Shown: positions 26,109 to 39,740 of the stretch, in pieces
Position numbering within the stretch: the first letter of the stretch is position 1
Layout of the letters: the number at the start of each line of letters is the position of its first letter
Assembly: GCA_013265495.1 (NCBI GenBank)
Contig: MU058449.1
Coordinates: 248,001 to 312,000, forward strand
Source of the DNA: Vicugna vicugna
Taxonomy: Eukaryota
Reading direction: 5' to 3'
Length of the DNA: 64,000 nucleotides
Made by a program: the position numbers and the translations under genes
Notes under the pieces: generated by a model
Seen by the model: only the letters and a program-made list of their open reading frames with translations
The model's database searches: none
Told to the model about the DNA's origin: nothing

Positions 26109-26566
26109 TGTGAGAAAATTAATAAAGGGAAATCTTGCAAAAATGCAATTGGAAGGGCAAAAGGGGAACCTCTCATGAACATATCACTTGATGTCAATAC
26201 AGATCCCAACAGGGAGAGGCATACCTTGCATCTCTGGCAGGAAGTGACACTAATTTACTATTGTTAGCAGAAGGAAGAAAAAGTTTCTCCTTGCCTGACA
26301 AGAGCTCAGTCAATTAGCCACTGCTACAGCTCAGCTAATGAAAAGCCTCTGCTTCAAATTCCCAGTTTCCTCCAATGGATTTTTTGTTTACAACACCCCT
26401 CACCCCCAACTTCCCCTTCTCTATAAAAAGTTTCCTCTCTTTCGCTTTATAGAACTTGCATGTGGCTTGTCACAGTTTCATGTTCCAAACTGCAATTCTT
26501 TGCTGCTTCTGGATAGACCTGTTTTGCTCATAAAATAACTGGCTGTTTTATCGTTTTAGGTTAACA
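26109..26566 (+). mobile_element. Solo ERV LTR
   Basis: TGTGAGAAAA...TTAACA termini with CCAAT and TATAAAAA inside; no target-site duplication recognised. Confidence 0.7.
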
Positions 26567-29174
26567 GGTGTGTTCCATGGTCATAAGGCTTAGACAATAC
26601 TCACTGCCACATGTACTATATTCTTTACATGTATTAATGCATTATTATTCACAAATACCCATTTTATAGATAAGCACACAAAAGCATAGTGAGGTGTTAA
26701 AGGACACCAAAGGTAAGTGGCCAAGTCTGGTGGAGCTTTGACTCCAGGCAGTCCAGCTGCAGGAGCTGAGCTTTTAATTGCTTCTCAGTGACTCTCGAAA
26801 CTAAACTCAGTAAAAAACTTGGATTTATGTTCTTAACTTCTCTATAAACATGCCGTATGAACATGGACAATTCATGTCTCTGCTCAGTGTCTCATATCTA
26901 CAAAATGAGAAATCTATAATGATGGTCTCTATAATCCCTTTTTGTTCTAACATTTTATGTGGGTATGCCTCTAAGAGAAGACTTGTTGATAACTGAGTTG
27001 GCATAGTTTTGTTTGTTTGTTTTTGGGGGCAGGGAGGATTTTCTTCCAACAATCTTGAGTTCGCTAATTTATCCGAAACAAAACTCTCTAGCATGCTTTA
27101 AATTTTCTCTTCAAATTGATCTGGCTCAACTGTTATTCTATACACTTTCATTGTCCCAAATGTGTGACAGTGTTTTTCACATTGAGTACGATTGATAATG
27201 ACATTTTGCAAGAAGGTGCTTGAAAAACAAATTTTTTACTAAAATAATAAATTGTAATCTCTTGTCCTCACACCCTTCCACTCACAGACACACACACATG
27301 CAGACACAACACTAAATCTTACTATAGATCTAGCTACTGACATTATCTGCAGAGGAAATGTTTTTGCTAGAAATGATCCCATACAAAGAAAATGAGAGGA
27401 CTCTTTTTTTTCTTTTTTTTTTTTTTTGGCCCATTTTCTTCACTTTTAGCTTGCCAACCTTATTCTCTGACGGTTTCTGAGATCTCCTAAGACATCATAA
27501 AACCTGGCCAATCCTCAAGGGAGGTGGACACACCAACAGCTTTGTAACTAAGTTTTTCCACCTGGAAAATGCACCAGCAGTGTCAACATACTGAAGCACG
27601 TGAATAAAAAATCCAACCACTATTCAGAGTCCAGGCAGATGCCACTCTTCCCAGGGGTCTTGGCCCCAAATGTGACCCAGGACTTATCTGACTAAACTTT
27701 AAGTATGAAGACCTGAAAGCAGTAAGTTATTACAGTTCAGGGGAAGTTCCTGGAAGATGGGCATAGGTTTGTTAAAGCTGGAAAGAAAGACACTCTTTTG
27801 ATGGCTGAGTTTAGGGTTAAACAAACCATTAAGATTGTTTGTTCCCTCATTTAGCTGAGCCAGATCAAGACTGTTTATCATGTTCGCATTTACTTTGCAT
27901 GTCTTCCCATCCCTTGAAGTACTGCTGAGGCTGATATACTTCCTACTCTGCTTTCTTTTCTTTCTTTTTTTTTTTTAACATCTCCATTTCCACAGGCTTC
28001 CCATTAATCCATTATTTTTGTTTCCCAAACATTTTTATTTTTCCTATTGTTAATTCTTTACTATCTATGGCAGCAACTGAGTTCAAGAGTTTTACTAAAT
28101 TACCCAAATGTTAAATGTCACAGAGATGGTTTACCATAGTACTATTTATCCTCTCTTATGAAAGTGAGGCAGAATCTCACTTTCTTTATTTTGCAGGGAT
28201 ATTTGAGGATAACGTATCAGATGAGAGTTACCAGGTAATTTGGTCTCACTGTTCCTCATGCCTGATCCATGGAGAAGTTTCTTCCCTATAACAACCAATA
28301 AAGTCTTCCCCACCCCTGACCCAGGAATAGTTCAGAGAGACAATTGCTCCACGGCCCTAAGATGACTTGCAGAAGATAAGATGCCATACCTAAGTGTCTC
28401 CTTTTTGTCACGCTTTCCCAGGGCAAATATGCGATATACTGTATTTTCTGAATGTACAGGTATACTCTAGAAGAGAAAGCAAGTCCTTGTATGTGTGTAT
28501 ATATTCTGCAGAATGACAAATGACAGCTGGTAAATAACAATGCAGTTGTTCTTTTGTATTCTGCAATGGAAGGACTTTACAGAACTAGGGCTTTGTAAGG
28601 AAGATGTTCTCTCTTTCCAAATCATCATCTTTCTTCTTAAGCTCTATCTACCTTACTTCCTTCTCACAGTTCCTTACTTCCAACAGTGCACTCTCTGCTT
28701 GCCTTCTTCATTTAAAGTCTTCCCCTAATGGCAATGTGATAGAACCCATGGATTTATTTTACAGAAGAGAATATGGAGGAACAGAATGGTTCAGCCACTG
28801 GTCTAAGATCACAAATCTAGTATATTGCTGGGGTGGTGGTAGTAGGATTCTGATTTGGGTATTTCTGATTCCAGAGCTTAAACTCTTAAATTCTGTTCAA
28901 ATTGCCTTTCTTATCTCTGTTATCTTACAAAAAACTCTAGTACTGTTTTTACTATTTATATTTTATAGTTTATATTTTTCTGCTACCAGTTTCTCACTAT
29001 CCATTCAATCCTAGGTGCCTCCTCTCATTCCCGAATTCTGGTGTTCTATTCCAAAACTGCTTTTACCAACAACCTTCTAATTATCAACTACAACATGGGG
29101 GATTTCTCAGCTCTCCAATTTCAATTATAGAACATTTTCTTCCATTGACTATTTGCTGAAACCCTCTCACACTT

Positions 29175-29300
29175 TTTTATTTTTTAACATTTTTTTATTG
29201 AGTTATAGTCATTTTACAATGTTGTGTCAAATTCCAGTGTAGAGCACAATTTTTCAGTTATACATGAACATACATATATTCATTGTCACATTTTTTTTCT
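29175..29300 (-). mobile_element. Short young L1 3' end (camelid-type)
   Basis: Poly(T) then ttattgagttatagtcattttacaatgttgtgtcaaattcc, related to the L1 ends near 29850 and 45945. Confidence 0.8.
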
Positions 29301-29809
29301 TCTTCCCCTTTATTTAGTTAACTGAGTCTGGTTTGCTTTTTCTCCCTCTCCTCAAAAATCCCCTTGCCTATGTCTCTCTCTGGTATATCAAACACTATTG
29401 TGTAGGTTCTCACCACTTGACCTCTTAGCAGCTGTAAAAGTTGCCAAGAACTTTGCACTGAATCCAAACTGCCTTTAATACTAATGACTTTGCATTCTGA
29501 TACTTAGTTATCCTCATGATACCACACCCTCTTTACCAGACCTTATGGTTTCCAACAAAACTCAATTCTACCTATTCGATCTTATTTTCCTTTCCCTCTC
29601 TTTTACAACTCTTCATTTAATTCATGAAAATATTTCTAGTGCCCTTCCTCAATAAGTCTTATTCTGATGACCATACCTTTGCTCTTTTCTTGTTTGTTTG
29701 TTTTTATTTTTGTTTTGGCTTTGATAAAATAAGCCTGGCTTCCTCCTTGATGGGGTGAAGTCATTATCAAATAAAATAATGTTTGAGGGAAAAATATTGA
29801 TTAAAGTTA

Positions 29810-31283
29810 TGTTATTTATTTATTTATTTATTTCTTACTTAATATATTTGTATTGAAGTATAGTCAGTTTACAGTGTTGTGTCAATTTCTGGTGTACAGC
29901 ACAATACTTCAGTCATATAGGAACACACATATTGGTTTTCATATTCTTTTTCACCATAAGTTACAACAAGATATTGAATATGGTTCCCTGTGCTATACAG
30001 TATAAACTTGACTATCTATTTTATATATAGTAGTTAGTATCTGAAAATCTCGAACTCCCAATTTATCCCTTCCTGACCTCTTCCCCGCTTGTAAACATAC
30101 GTTTGTTTTCTATGTCTGTGAGTCTGTTTCTGTTTTGTAAATAAGTTTGTTTGTCTTTGTTTTTTTTCTAGATTCCACATATAAGTGATATCATATGGTA
30201 TTTTTCTTTCTCCCTCTGGCTTACTTCACTTAAAATGATATTCTCCACGTTCATCCATGTTGTTGCAAATAGCATTACTTTACCATTTTTTATGGCTGAG
30301 TAGTACTCTATTGTATAAATATATCACATCTTCTTTATCCAGTCACCTTTTGATGGACCTTTAGGTTGTTTCTATGTCTTGGTTATTGTACATAGTGCTG
30401 CTATGAACATTGGGGTGCATGTGTCTTTTTGAATTAAGATTCCCTCTGGATATATGCCCAGGAGTGGGATTGCTAGATCATATAAGTCTATTTTTATTTT
30501 CGAGGACTCTTCATACTGTTTTCCATAATGGATGCACCAAACTACATTCCCACGAATAGAGTAGGAGGGTTCCCTTTTCTCCACAGCCTCTCCAGCGTTT
30601 ATCATTCGTGGACTTTTGAATGATGGCCATTCTGACTGGTGTGAGGTGATACCTCACAGTAGTTTTGATCTGCATTTCTCTGATAATTAGTGATATTGAG
30701 AATTTTTTCATGTGCCTCTTGGCTATTTGTATGTCTTCATTGGACAATTGCTTGTTTAGGTCTTCTGACCATTTTTGGATTGTGTTGTTTGTTTTTTTCT
30801 TATTAAATTGTACAAGCTGTTTATATATTCTGGAGATTAAGCCCTTGTTAGTATAATCTTTTGCAAATATTTTCTCCCATTCCACAGGTTGTTGTTTTGT
30901 TTTGCTTATAGTTTTCTTTGCTGTGCAAAAGCTTGTAAGTTTAATTAGGTCCCATTTGCTTTTATTTCTATTCTTGGGTAGGCTGCCCTAGGAGAACATT
31001 GCTGAGATTTATGTGGATAAGGTTTTGCCTATGTTTTCTTCTAAGAAGTTTATAGTGTCTTGTCTTGTGTTAAGTCTCTAAGCCATTTTGAGTTTATTCT
31101 TGTGTATGGTGTGAGGGAGTATTCTAACTTCATTGATTTACATGCTGCTGTCCAACATCATTTGCTGAAGAGACTGTTTTTACTCCATTGTATGTTCTTG
31201 CCTCCTTTGTCAAAGATGAATTGACCAAAAGTTTGTGAGTTTATTTCTGGGCTCTCTATTCTGTTCCATTGATCCATATGTCT
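29810..31283 (-). mobile_element. 5'-truncated L1 (ORF2 C-terminus plus 3' UTR, (TAAA)n tail)
   Basis: ORF2 peptides [45 protein letters not shown]; frameshifted. Confidence 0.95.
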
Positions 31284-31379
31284 AAACAAGCAGCAGATCT
31301 CTTACATTAATTTGTCTCACCTTTAGTTTTAAGTCTCTTCAAAGCCCTGAGATATAGGGAAGCAGCACAGCATAGGATT

Positions 31380-31730
31380 GTATTTTTTTAATCCATGAAA
31401 TTTATTAAAATATAATTAACTCAGCATAGAATTCACCCACTTTTAGAACATTTTCAGAGTTCTTAAACCATTACCCTAACCTAATTTTAGAAAATCCCAA
31501 TCACTCCAAAAAGAAACCTTGTTCTTAGAGACACTCTCTATTCCCATCCCCAGTCCTAGGTGACCACTTATCTAATGTCCTTCTGTATAGATTTTCCAGT
31601 CTCCATATTTCATGCAAATAAAACCACACAAGCATGTTCTTTTGCGCCTGACTTAAACTGAGCATAATGTTTTTGAGGTTCACCCATGTTGTAGCACGTA
31701 TCACTACTTCATTTCTTTTTACTGCTGACA
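31380..31730 (-). mobile_element. L1MB/ME-type 3' UTR fragment; part is also present at 5690-5812
   Basis: cataatgtttttgaggttcacccatgttgtagca signature. Confidence 0.8.
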
Positions 31731-32114
31731 AGTTGGCTGTTGGATGTAAATGAAGACTTTTTCTTAATGAAGAGTTAATATTTATTCATCAAAAGCAGTG
31801 ATCATTTTCTAGTGTTATTTGCCTATGTTATAATATAGGCACAAAAAGAAGGAAGCAAAATTAAAAGATTGTTAAAGAGTTTCTTTTTCCTATTTAAACA
31901 TAATTGATATTAATGCTATGATTATCATCATCATCAACACTCTCACCACAATTATTAGCTATATCATCAGTTCATATTTAAAGTTTTTTCAGTAATCTCC
32001 ATAATATTTAAATTTTTAGAGTTTTGCAGCCTTCCCAAATTAATATAATATAAACAGATCACTGTCAATCTTACCCAGCATTACTGTATATACATTTATT
32101 TGTGGGATTTTTTG

Positions 32115-32150
<36 letters not shown>

Positions 32151-35000
32151 GCATTGAGAGTCTAATGAAATAAATTAATATGTTAGAAAAACAAGCAAAA
32201 TCTTGCTCATATATTTTATAGTTAGTAAAAGAGTATATATATATATATATATATAGTATCTATATAGTTATATGATATTATTCACACAATAGAGGCATGA
32301 ATTGCATAAAATTCCTCATAGGTGATGTGATTTAAAATCCTAGTTTGGAGAGAAAAATACTGTGAATAATAGTATAAAAGTAAGATTTACTTATGCCTTA
32401 TAAAGTGATAGAAGAAAATCATGAGTTTTATGGACTCTGGGGAACCTCTAATGATAACTTTGACTCAGCAGACATGATTCTCATGGGGAAACCTCAAAAT
32501 AATTCAGATACACTGGTGACCCCCCCCCCACACACACATACGCACATAAATAACTGCCCACTCCTAGACAGAATTTTAGGAGCATTTCCCATACGCTTAC
32601 GGTCTTAAAGTACTGATCTACCTGGTGGAAATCTAGGTATATCTTCTGTTTCTAATTGGAATTCTAGGAAAAAAGAGGTTTTAAAAGGTAATTCTTAACC
32701 CTAGATTTCATTTCCTCTTCAAGTCTGTTTGATAATTAAATTAAAGACTTTGGAAGGTGGGTTTCTTTGGAGGCCTTTGGTTCACTATACCTTTTCTAAA
32801 GATGTAAATTTCTCTCTGATTCACCACATTTCTAAAATGACCAATGAGGATATTAAATGCAAGCAAAAGATTATCAGTAAACAGATAGGATTCCATGTCA
32901 TCATTATGGGAAAAATTCTTGGGATCTTATTTATAAAATTTATGATTTTCAAATTTCTCCTACTTGTTTCTGCAGACCACAACACAGATACAGGAGACAT
33001 ATCTGGTATTTAAATATAGCAAAGAAACATGAGACACTCAACTGAGAAATACTATTAATAACCAGTATTTCTGGGAAGATTCTATATACAGGGCTGGTTT
33101 TAAATTCTTAGTATGAATCATCTAATCTATCCTCACCAGACTCCTATGTTATATATATATTATTACTGTTCCCATTCACAATTTAGATTTAAAACCTATC
33201 CTTGAAGAGAATAAACTTATCACGCAAGGCCATGTAACTATTGAACCCAAGTAGAACCTATTTTTTTATTTGTTTTTATGTAATGATAGAGTTAATTAAG
33301 GAAATCAATACCCAGTCTGGCAAAATTCACGGACTGCACACTTTCTTTTCTCCACTGAATTAATTTCTGTCCTGATGCTTAATAGTTATCTCTGAGGAAA
33401 GTCACTTTACTTCTCTAAATCTGATACTTCATCTGAGAAATAAGAATAAACTAGAAATTTTTATAGGAGTTTCATAAACTTTATGCAGATAATCTTAAAA
33501 AGTGTTATAGTCCTGGGGGGCATAGTATTATTCCTTTCAGTAGATGTTAGCTATCAGTATAAATCACAGTTTCCTTGAAACAGGGAAATGACCTTACTGA
33601 GAATAAAAAAATATGCCCATGTAATTAACTGACCACAGTGCAAGTAAAGTCATCTTTCAAAAGTATGAATGTGATCATATCATAGACCATCTCAAAACTC
33701 ACACACTCCTGCACTTAAAATCAATACCCTTACATTTATTATTTGGAAATTATATATAGAATGTCTTAAGATTACTTACTTTTGCAGCCTTATTTCATAA
33801 TACCTCTTAAATCAAGCATTTATCCACATCCAAAATCTATTCTGCAAGTTATTATAGATTCCAAAACTTTTCATACTCCCCTTTGTCTCATGGATTTTCT
33901 CCTTTCTTTCTTTTCTCACTTCACAACCCCATATGGGCATTTTTTTCACCCTTAGTCTCTCAGCTTAAATGGTACCTCCCAGAGAGCTTTCTCCAATATC
34001 TGATACATTTCTTCTATAACGTTAATCAGTCTATATTTGACCACAAAAACAGTGTCTAGAATGGGCAATTTTGTAAGAACATAATCATATATATATTTAG
34101 AATAAATTTATAAATTTAATCAAATAGATCTTTATGGCATGATACTTTAGAAGATCATTTATCTAACTCCACACCATTAAAATATTTTTTTGGTGGGGGA
34201 AGTAATTATTTTATTGATTTTTTTAATGGAGGTACTGGGGATTGAACCCAAGACCTTGTGGCTAAGCATGCACTCTACCACTGAGCTATACCCCCCCATA
34301 AAATATTTCAAAATTTAAAAAAAAAACTTAATTCTGAGAGCAGAAGCTATGTAGTCAACATCATAGCACTAGTGCCAGATGTAGGAATAGAGTATGGATT
34401 TCCTGAACCGCAGTCTTGCTCTTTGGTCCACACTTTGAAGATTAAGTTGAAAGAGAAAACAAATATAGAAAAGAGTGGAGCCAACATTTTATTTTAACCT
34501 GGCCCTGGGATTATGTATCGGTAGACAAAGATTCTAATTTAATCATTTAATCATAAGAGGCTGTTTTCCCTGAAAGGATATGGACTCTGTAGGAATGACA
34601 TTCATGTTTTCCCATTTCTGTCACTTGATGTCCTTAATGAGCATGAAGAGAAAGAATAAGTGTAAGAGGGAGGTTTTCCTACTTCCTACTTCTTCCCCTA
34701 AAGTTTAATCTTTAAACTAGCTTGAGGTGGTCCTCTCATAGCATTCATAACACATATTATATTAAAAATGGAAGACAAATTCAGAGACACTGGATACATA
34801 TGATATTTCATGTACTGAGTAAAACAGTGCTATGTGGGGAAAGTAAATCATTAATATGAGTTTCATATTATAATTTGTGTATAAACTTTATGAGTGCCTG
34901 CATGTTTCTCTTTGATTGTAGCTTTGAAAAGGTGGTGAAGGGGATATATGTAACCAGTATAAGCACATAATGTAGATTCTTTATGAAATAAAGATTGTGG
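31607..35000 (+). repeat. Right arm of the inverted segmental duplication; upstream region of the 35031 OR pseudogene
   Basis: Colinear with the reverse complement of 2510-5812 across both unique sequence and old repeats. Confidence 0.93.
34188..34298 (-). mobile_element. tRNA-derived SINE (camelid-type) with target-site duplication
   Basis: Minus strand GGGGGGGTATAGCTCAGTGGTAGAG...GGGTTCAATCCCCAGTACCTCC (A and B boxes). TSD taaaatattt at 34178-34187 and 34299-34308. Confidence 0.9.
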
Positions 35001-35030
35001 TGATGGTGTGCTAATCCAGACTCTCTCATC

Positions 35031-35958
35031 ATGGTGTTTTTCAACAGTAACATCTACAAACCTTTTCTCCTGACTGGTTTCCCTGGCCTTGAAGACTCAC
35101 ATCCTGTGATTTCCATTTTGTTTTGTGCCCTCTACCCAATTGCCCTGATGGGTAACACCACCATCTTAGTGGTTATTCAGGTGGAAGAGTCACTTCATGC
35201 ACCCATGTACCTTTTTCTCTCCATGCTGGCTGCTAGTGACCTGGGACTCTGTGCTGCCACCCTGCCCACCCTGCTCAAGCTTTTCTGGTTCAATATCTGT
35301 GAAATAGACTTTGCTTGCCTCATCCAGATGTTCTTTATCCATGTTTTCTCCCTAATGAAGTCTGACATCCTGCTCACCATGGCTTTTGAACGCTATGTGG
35401 CCATCTCTAATCCACTCAGGTACACTACTATTTTGACTAATTCCATGATTGCAAAGACAGGTGTGGGGCTTTTGCTATGGGCTGTGGCTGTTATCTTGCC
35501 AGGGCCCTTTCTCATTAAGTGACTGAGGTTTTGTAAGGCCAATGTGCTCTCCCATTCATACTGCCTGCACCTAGGTATTATCAAACTCTCTTGTTCTGAC
35601 CACTGCATCAATAGCATCTATGGCCTCATTATCATCCTCACCACCTTTGGAGTGGACTCTACTTATTCTCCTCTCTTACTTGAAGATTCTGGTCACTGTG
35701 CTAGGTATTGCCTCCCACGAAGAACAATTCAAGGCCCTTAATACTTGTGTCTCCCACATCTGTGCTGTGCTGCTGGTCTATGTCCCCATGATAGGTGTAT
35801 CCATTATCCATCACTTTGGAAAACATGTTCCTCCTGTGGTGTACATTATCATGGGCTATATTTATCTATTGTTCCCTCCTGTTCTCAACACTACTGTATA
35901 TTGCATTAAAACCCAAGAGATACGCACCCGTATTCTGGGTAATCTACGGAAATTATAG
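35031..35958 (+). pseudogene. OR51-family olfactory receptor pseudogene with multiple lesions
   Basis: In-frame TGA at 35520-35522, frameshift near 35660 (GVDS then shift to LILLSY), apparent one-codon loss in EIDF-AC, and degraded motifs (MKS, FERY, AISNPL, NTTVY). Confidence 0.94.
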
Positions 35959-37392
35959 CAGAGAGGACTTTAAGGTCATTTATATATTTCTGGAATAAAT
36001 GCTAGGAAATTCACTTCTAACTTGGGCAAAGAAAACATGTATCACTGAGAAATAGTCCTATGTTTACAATCCTCATGCACATGTTTTCTCTCTCACTATT
36101 CTGGAAGTTTTCAAAAATAGTAACAATATCTTATGGTTTTTCATTTTCCTCAAGTAACTCATCTAAAATAGATGATAAATAATTGTACAAATAAAGGATA
36201 GGTTCTCAATAATCTCTATGCTCAGAAAGCCCTCAATGTCCACAGAAATCCATGAATTTGTTGAAATATTTGAAATGTAAAACATAAGGCATCCAGTATA
36301 GAACATGACTCCATGTAGTCTGCAATGTAACTTTTTCAAATATCTTCCACAAATGTATTTTTCATGAGTTTTTACTTTACATCCTTAAAACTGTATTTAA
36401 TTTTCTCAGCTTTCACTTTTGGGAGTTTTATCCCATTTAGATCTTGCTTTACAAAAATATTCTTTTATTTTACCACGAACATGTCCCAACTTCTCTGACA
36501 TCTATTGATAGACATACATATAAGGCTTGGAAAACTAGATTAAAAAAAGATTGAAATCAGACATTAACTGATACATTGAGATGCCAAGTTGTACTTTTTG
36601 TCTCAGATTTGTACGTGCTGATCAGAATTCTATTTATTTATGAAATTGTGTAATTAAATTTAAATATAGACTAACTCTTAGTAGTTGTTGGAGATTGTGT
36701 CACTAAGAATATTTATAAGAAAAAAAGTTACATTTTATTTAGGCAGCTCCCACTTTAAATAATTTTTGCCTCTAAGGAGTCATTAAAATAATATAAAAAT
36801 AGAGAAATAATAGCACTGTTTCAGGTAATTTGCATTGGCAGCACGCTCTGCCAAGAATGAAAAGGAGATGTTTCATGAACCAGTATATTAACTTCTCAGC
36901 AGCTGTCTAGGGCCTTACATAGTCCTCATTTTCACATTTTGCTGACTGAATAGGGCTTTTCTAGATCTACTACAGAAAAACATGAAAGTCGAAATGTTTC
37001 ATAATTTTATGCTTACATGGCATAATTTCCTGGACAAGCACAGGCAATTTAAACTATTTCTGAAAGATTGTATAATAAAGTAGGAGCTTGTAAATTTAAC
37101 TCATTGTCTCACCTGTGTCTCTAAAGAATCTAATGCCAGCCCACTTCACTCTCAGCCTAGACTCTCTGGAAAATAGATGGATGTTTTATTTCATTGTTAC
37201 TTTGGAGAGTCAGAAAGTCTATCAGTGGTTTCCTAAGCTTGGGGATGAGAATGGAAAGTTATTGCTAATGGACTTAAGGTTCATTCTGGGAGTGATGGAA
37301 GTATCCTAAAGTTAGTGTGGTAATAACTGAACAAGTCTTTAAATATCATAAAAATACCAAAATGTACACTTAAATTGGGTGGATTTTATGGT

Positions 37393-37661
37393 AAAAGTTA
37401 AGTCCAAAGGCAGGAAACGACCCATATTCCAGCTCAGTCAGACAAGAGAATAAGACTGTTACTCAGGTTTTTGTTCTATTTAGGTCTTCAACTGGTTGGA
37501 TGTGGCCCACCCAAATTAGGGAGAGCAATCTAATTTACTCAGTGGACCAGCTGTTGAGCTCATGCAGAAATATCTTCACAGACACACCAGGATAATGTTT
37601 GAACAGATGGCTGGGCACCCTCTGGCCCACTTAAGAGGACATATTAAAATTAACCATCACA
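37393..37661 (-). mobile_element. MLT2 (ERVL) LTR fragment, preceded by an L1M piece at ~37210-37390
   Basis: Minus strand begins tgtgatggttaatttt, the MLT2 5' signature. Confidence 0.8.
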
Positions 37662-38289
37662 ATGTTGGATTCCTTTTAAATTCTCAAGAAACAGATATTA
37701 TTTTCAGGATGTTAAGAAATTATTAAAAGAGCTAAGGAAACTAGATTTCTCTGATAATAGTTCTCTTGTAGGCTTGGGAAATTCACCCTGCCATGGAGAC
37801 ATAATGATATAAATTGCATACTTCAAGGCAGTGACCACTACCATCAGTACCACCACTACCTCCACTTTCTTTGGCAATGATTCCAGGATCAATAAGGAGC
37901 ATCAGGATCATTAATTAATTTTCCTAGGTACCTATTTCAATATTTTTTCTAGAAATCAAAGGTATATATTTTAGTGGCCAAGAAAGCAGGATTTCCCACT
38001 ACCCATATAATAGGTTGACATTTTGGCTTACAAATATGAGACTGCATACTGAACACAAGTCCTTTTGAGTCCTGCTATTTGGGGCTAGATTTTAGACCTA
38101 AAAATTGAAGTAATAGATCCTAAACTGTACTGATCTAAGTAAGAAAATGGCAAATTGCATGCTGAGAGTGGATTCTATCTTATCAACTGAATTAGAAATA
38201 TATTAGTATTTAAAGTCTTAGAGATCACATTCTTTGATAGTTTGGTCACACTAAAGACTAAAACAATAAAATCAAATAACAGGCAATCT

Positions 38290-38860
38290 AGGGATAAAGG
38301 ACAGACTTGGCAACACATGGTGCTGGAACAACTAGACATGTACCTATAAAAAATATATCTAGACACTAATCTAACACTTTTACAAAATGTAACTCAAATG
38401 GATAATAGTCTTGAATGTGAAACTCAATACTATAAAATTACTACTAGATAACATAGGATAAGAATCTAGGTGGCCTTGGGTTTAGTTTTTAGATATGACA
38501 ACAGAAATATGATCCATGATAGAAAAGTGGTAAGTTAGACTCTATTAGAATTTAAAAACTCTTCCCTGTAGGGCAGTGTAACTATTATATATGATACTGT
38601 AATGATAGATACATGTCATTATAGGTTTGTCAAAACTCACTGAATGTACAACAGAAACAGTGAAACCTAATGTAAACTATGGATATAAGCTAATAATGTG
38701 TCAATATTGGCTCATTAGTTGTAATGAATGTATTACACTAATGTAAAATGTTAATAGACAAAACTGGATGGGTGGGGTTAAAGGGATACACATGAACTCT
38801 GTATTTCCTGCTTAACTTTTCTGTAAACCCAAAACTGTTCTATAAGTTATGTATGTTAAT
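38290..38860 (+). mobile_element. L1MC-type ORF2 end and 3' UTR fragments
   Basis: atggtgctggaacaactagacat; tatgatactgtaatgatagatacatgtcattata; ctaatgtaaactatgga. Confidence 0.8.
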
Positions 38861-39489
38861 TTTGTAAAAGCTTCATTAGAAAAGTTGGAGTTATTCAAAT
38901 ACTTTCACACTTTACTTTTAGTAAAACTTTAAAATATCCAAATAAAGGACACACTGATTGTACCACAATAGCCTAATAGTTTGGCTTTGTCATAAAAGAT
39001 GTTCATGTTGCAGAAAAGTCACGTAATAGGAAAACTCCTTATGTTTTATAGTATTCTTTAAGGATTCACAGGGAGCTGGCAAAAAAAAAAAGTGCAGAAT
39101 TGTTGCTCAGAAACTGGTCTTGGAGGGAAAATTATCAAATGCAGTTTAAAACTGGAAAACATAACTTCACAAGTATGAAAGATAAATTTGGTCAACTAAT
39201 CCAAATACTGATTGTGGGTCTCAAGGTAAAAGCAGTCACTCAGTGTGTAAAATACCCAAAAGACTTCTCAGCCTAGAGGTTAGTCCCTGGGCTGTTTTTA
39301 TAGACATCTATGTACAATACAGATGCATCTATAAGTATATATATTCCTAAATCCATATAAGCTAGACATGACTTTTTTCATCCAGACCTAGGAATATCAC
39401 TGTTGGAAGGACTGAGAGGAAATTTAAGATCTGTCTTTTTATGTTCCAAATGGTTTAGAAAAATTATGCACCTAAAAGGTAAATTAGAA

Positions 39490-39740
39490 CAGTTTAGTGG
39501 TTAAATTGGGTTCTCCAATTAAGATCATTGCATTTTAAACCAGTCTTTATCTACCCATTAGCAATGTGACCTTGTGAAAGTCCTTAAAGTGCCTGAGTTC
39601 CTTTCTGTGTAAAACTGGGATATTAACAATAGTTGTGACCGTTAAATTGATTAATCAATGTAAAGTGGTTAGAATAGTTTTTAAGAAGATATTTCGTACA
39701 TTATAAGGATTGATAAATATTTGCAAATATCATTTTCACC
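39490..39740 (+). mobile_element. MIR SINE
   Basis: tgtgaccttgtgaaagtcc...ctgtgtaaaactgggatattaaca. Confidence 0.6.

Noticed and set aside
33864..33872. AAACTTTTC, the motif reported in the class I OR J-element enhancer (also at ~3549-3557 in the other arm)
   Set aside because: A 9-mer like this is expected by chance in AT-rich DNA of this length, and I saw no surrounding motif cluster.
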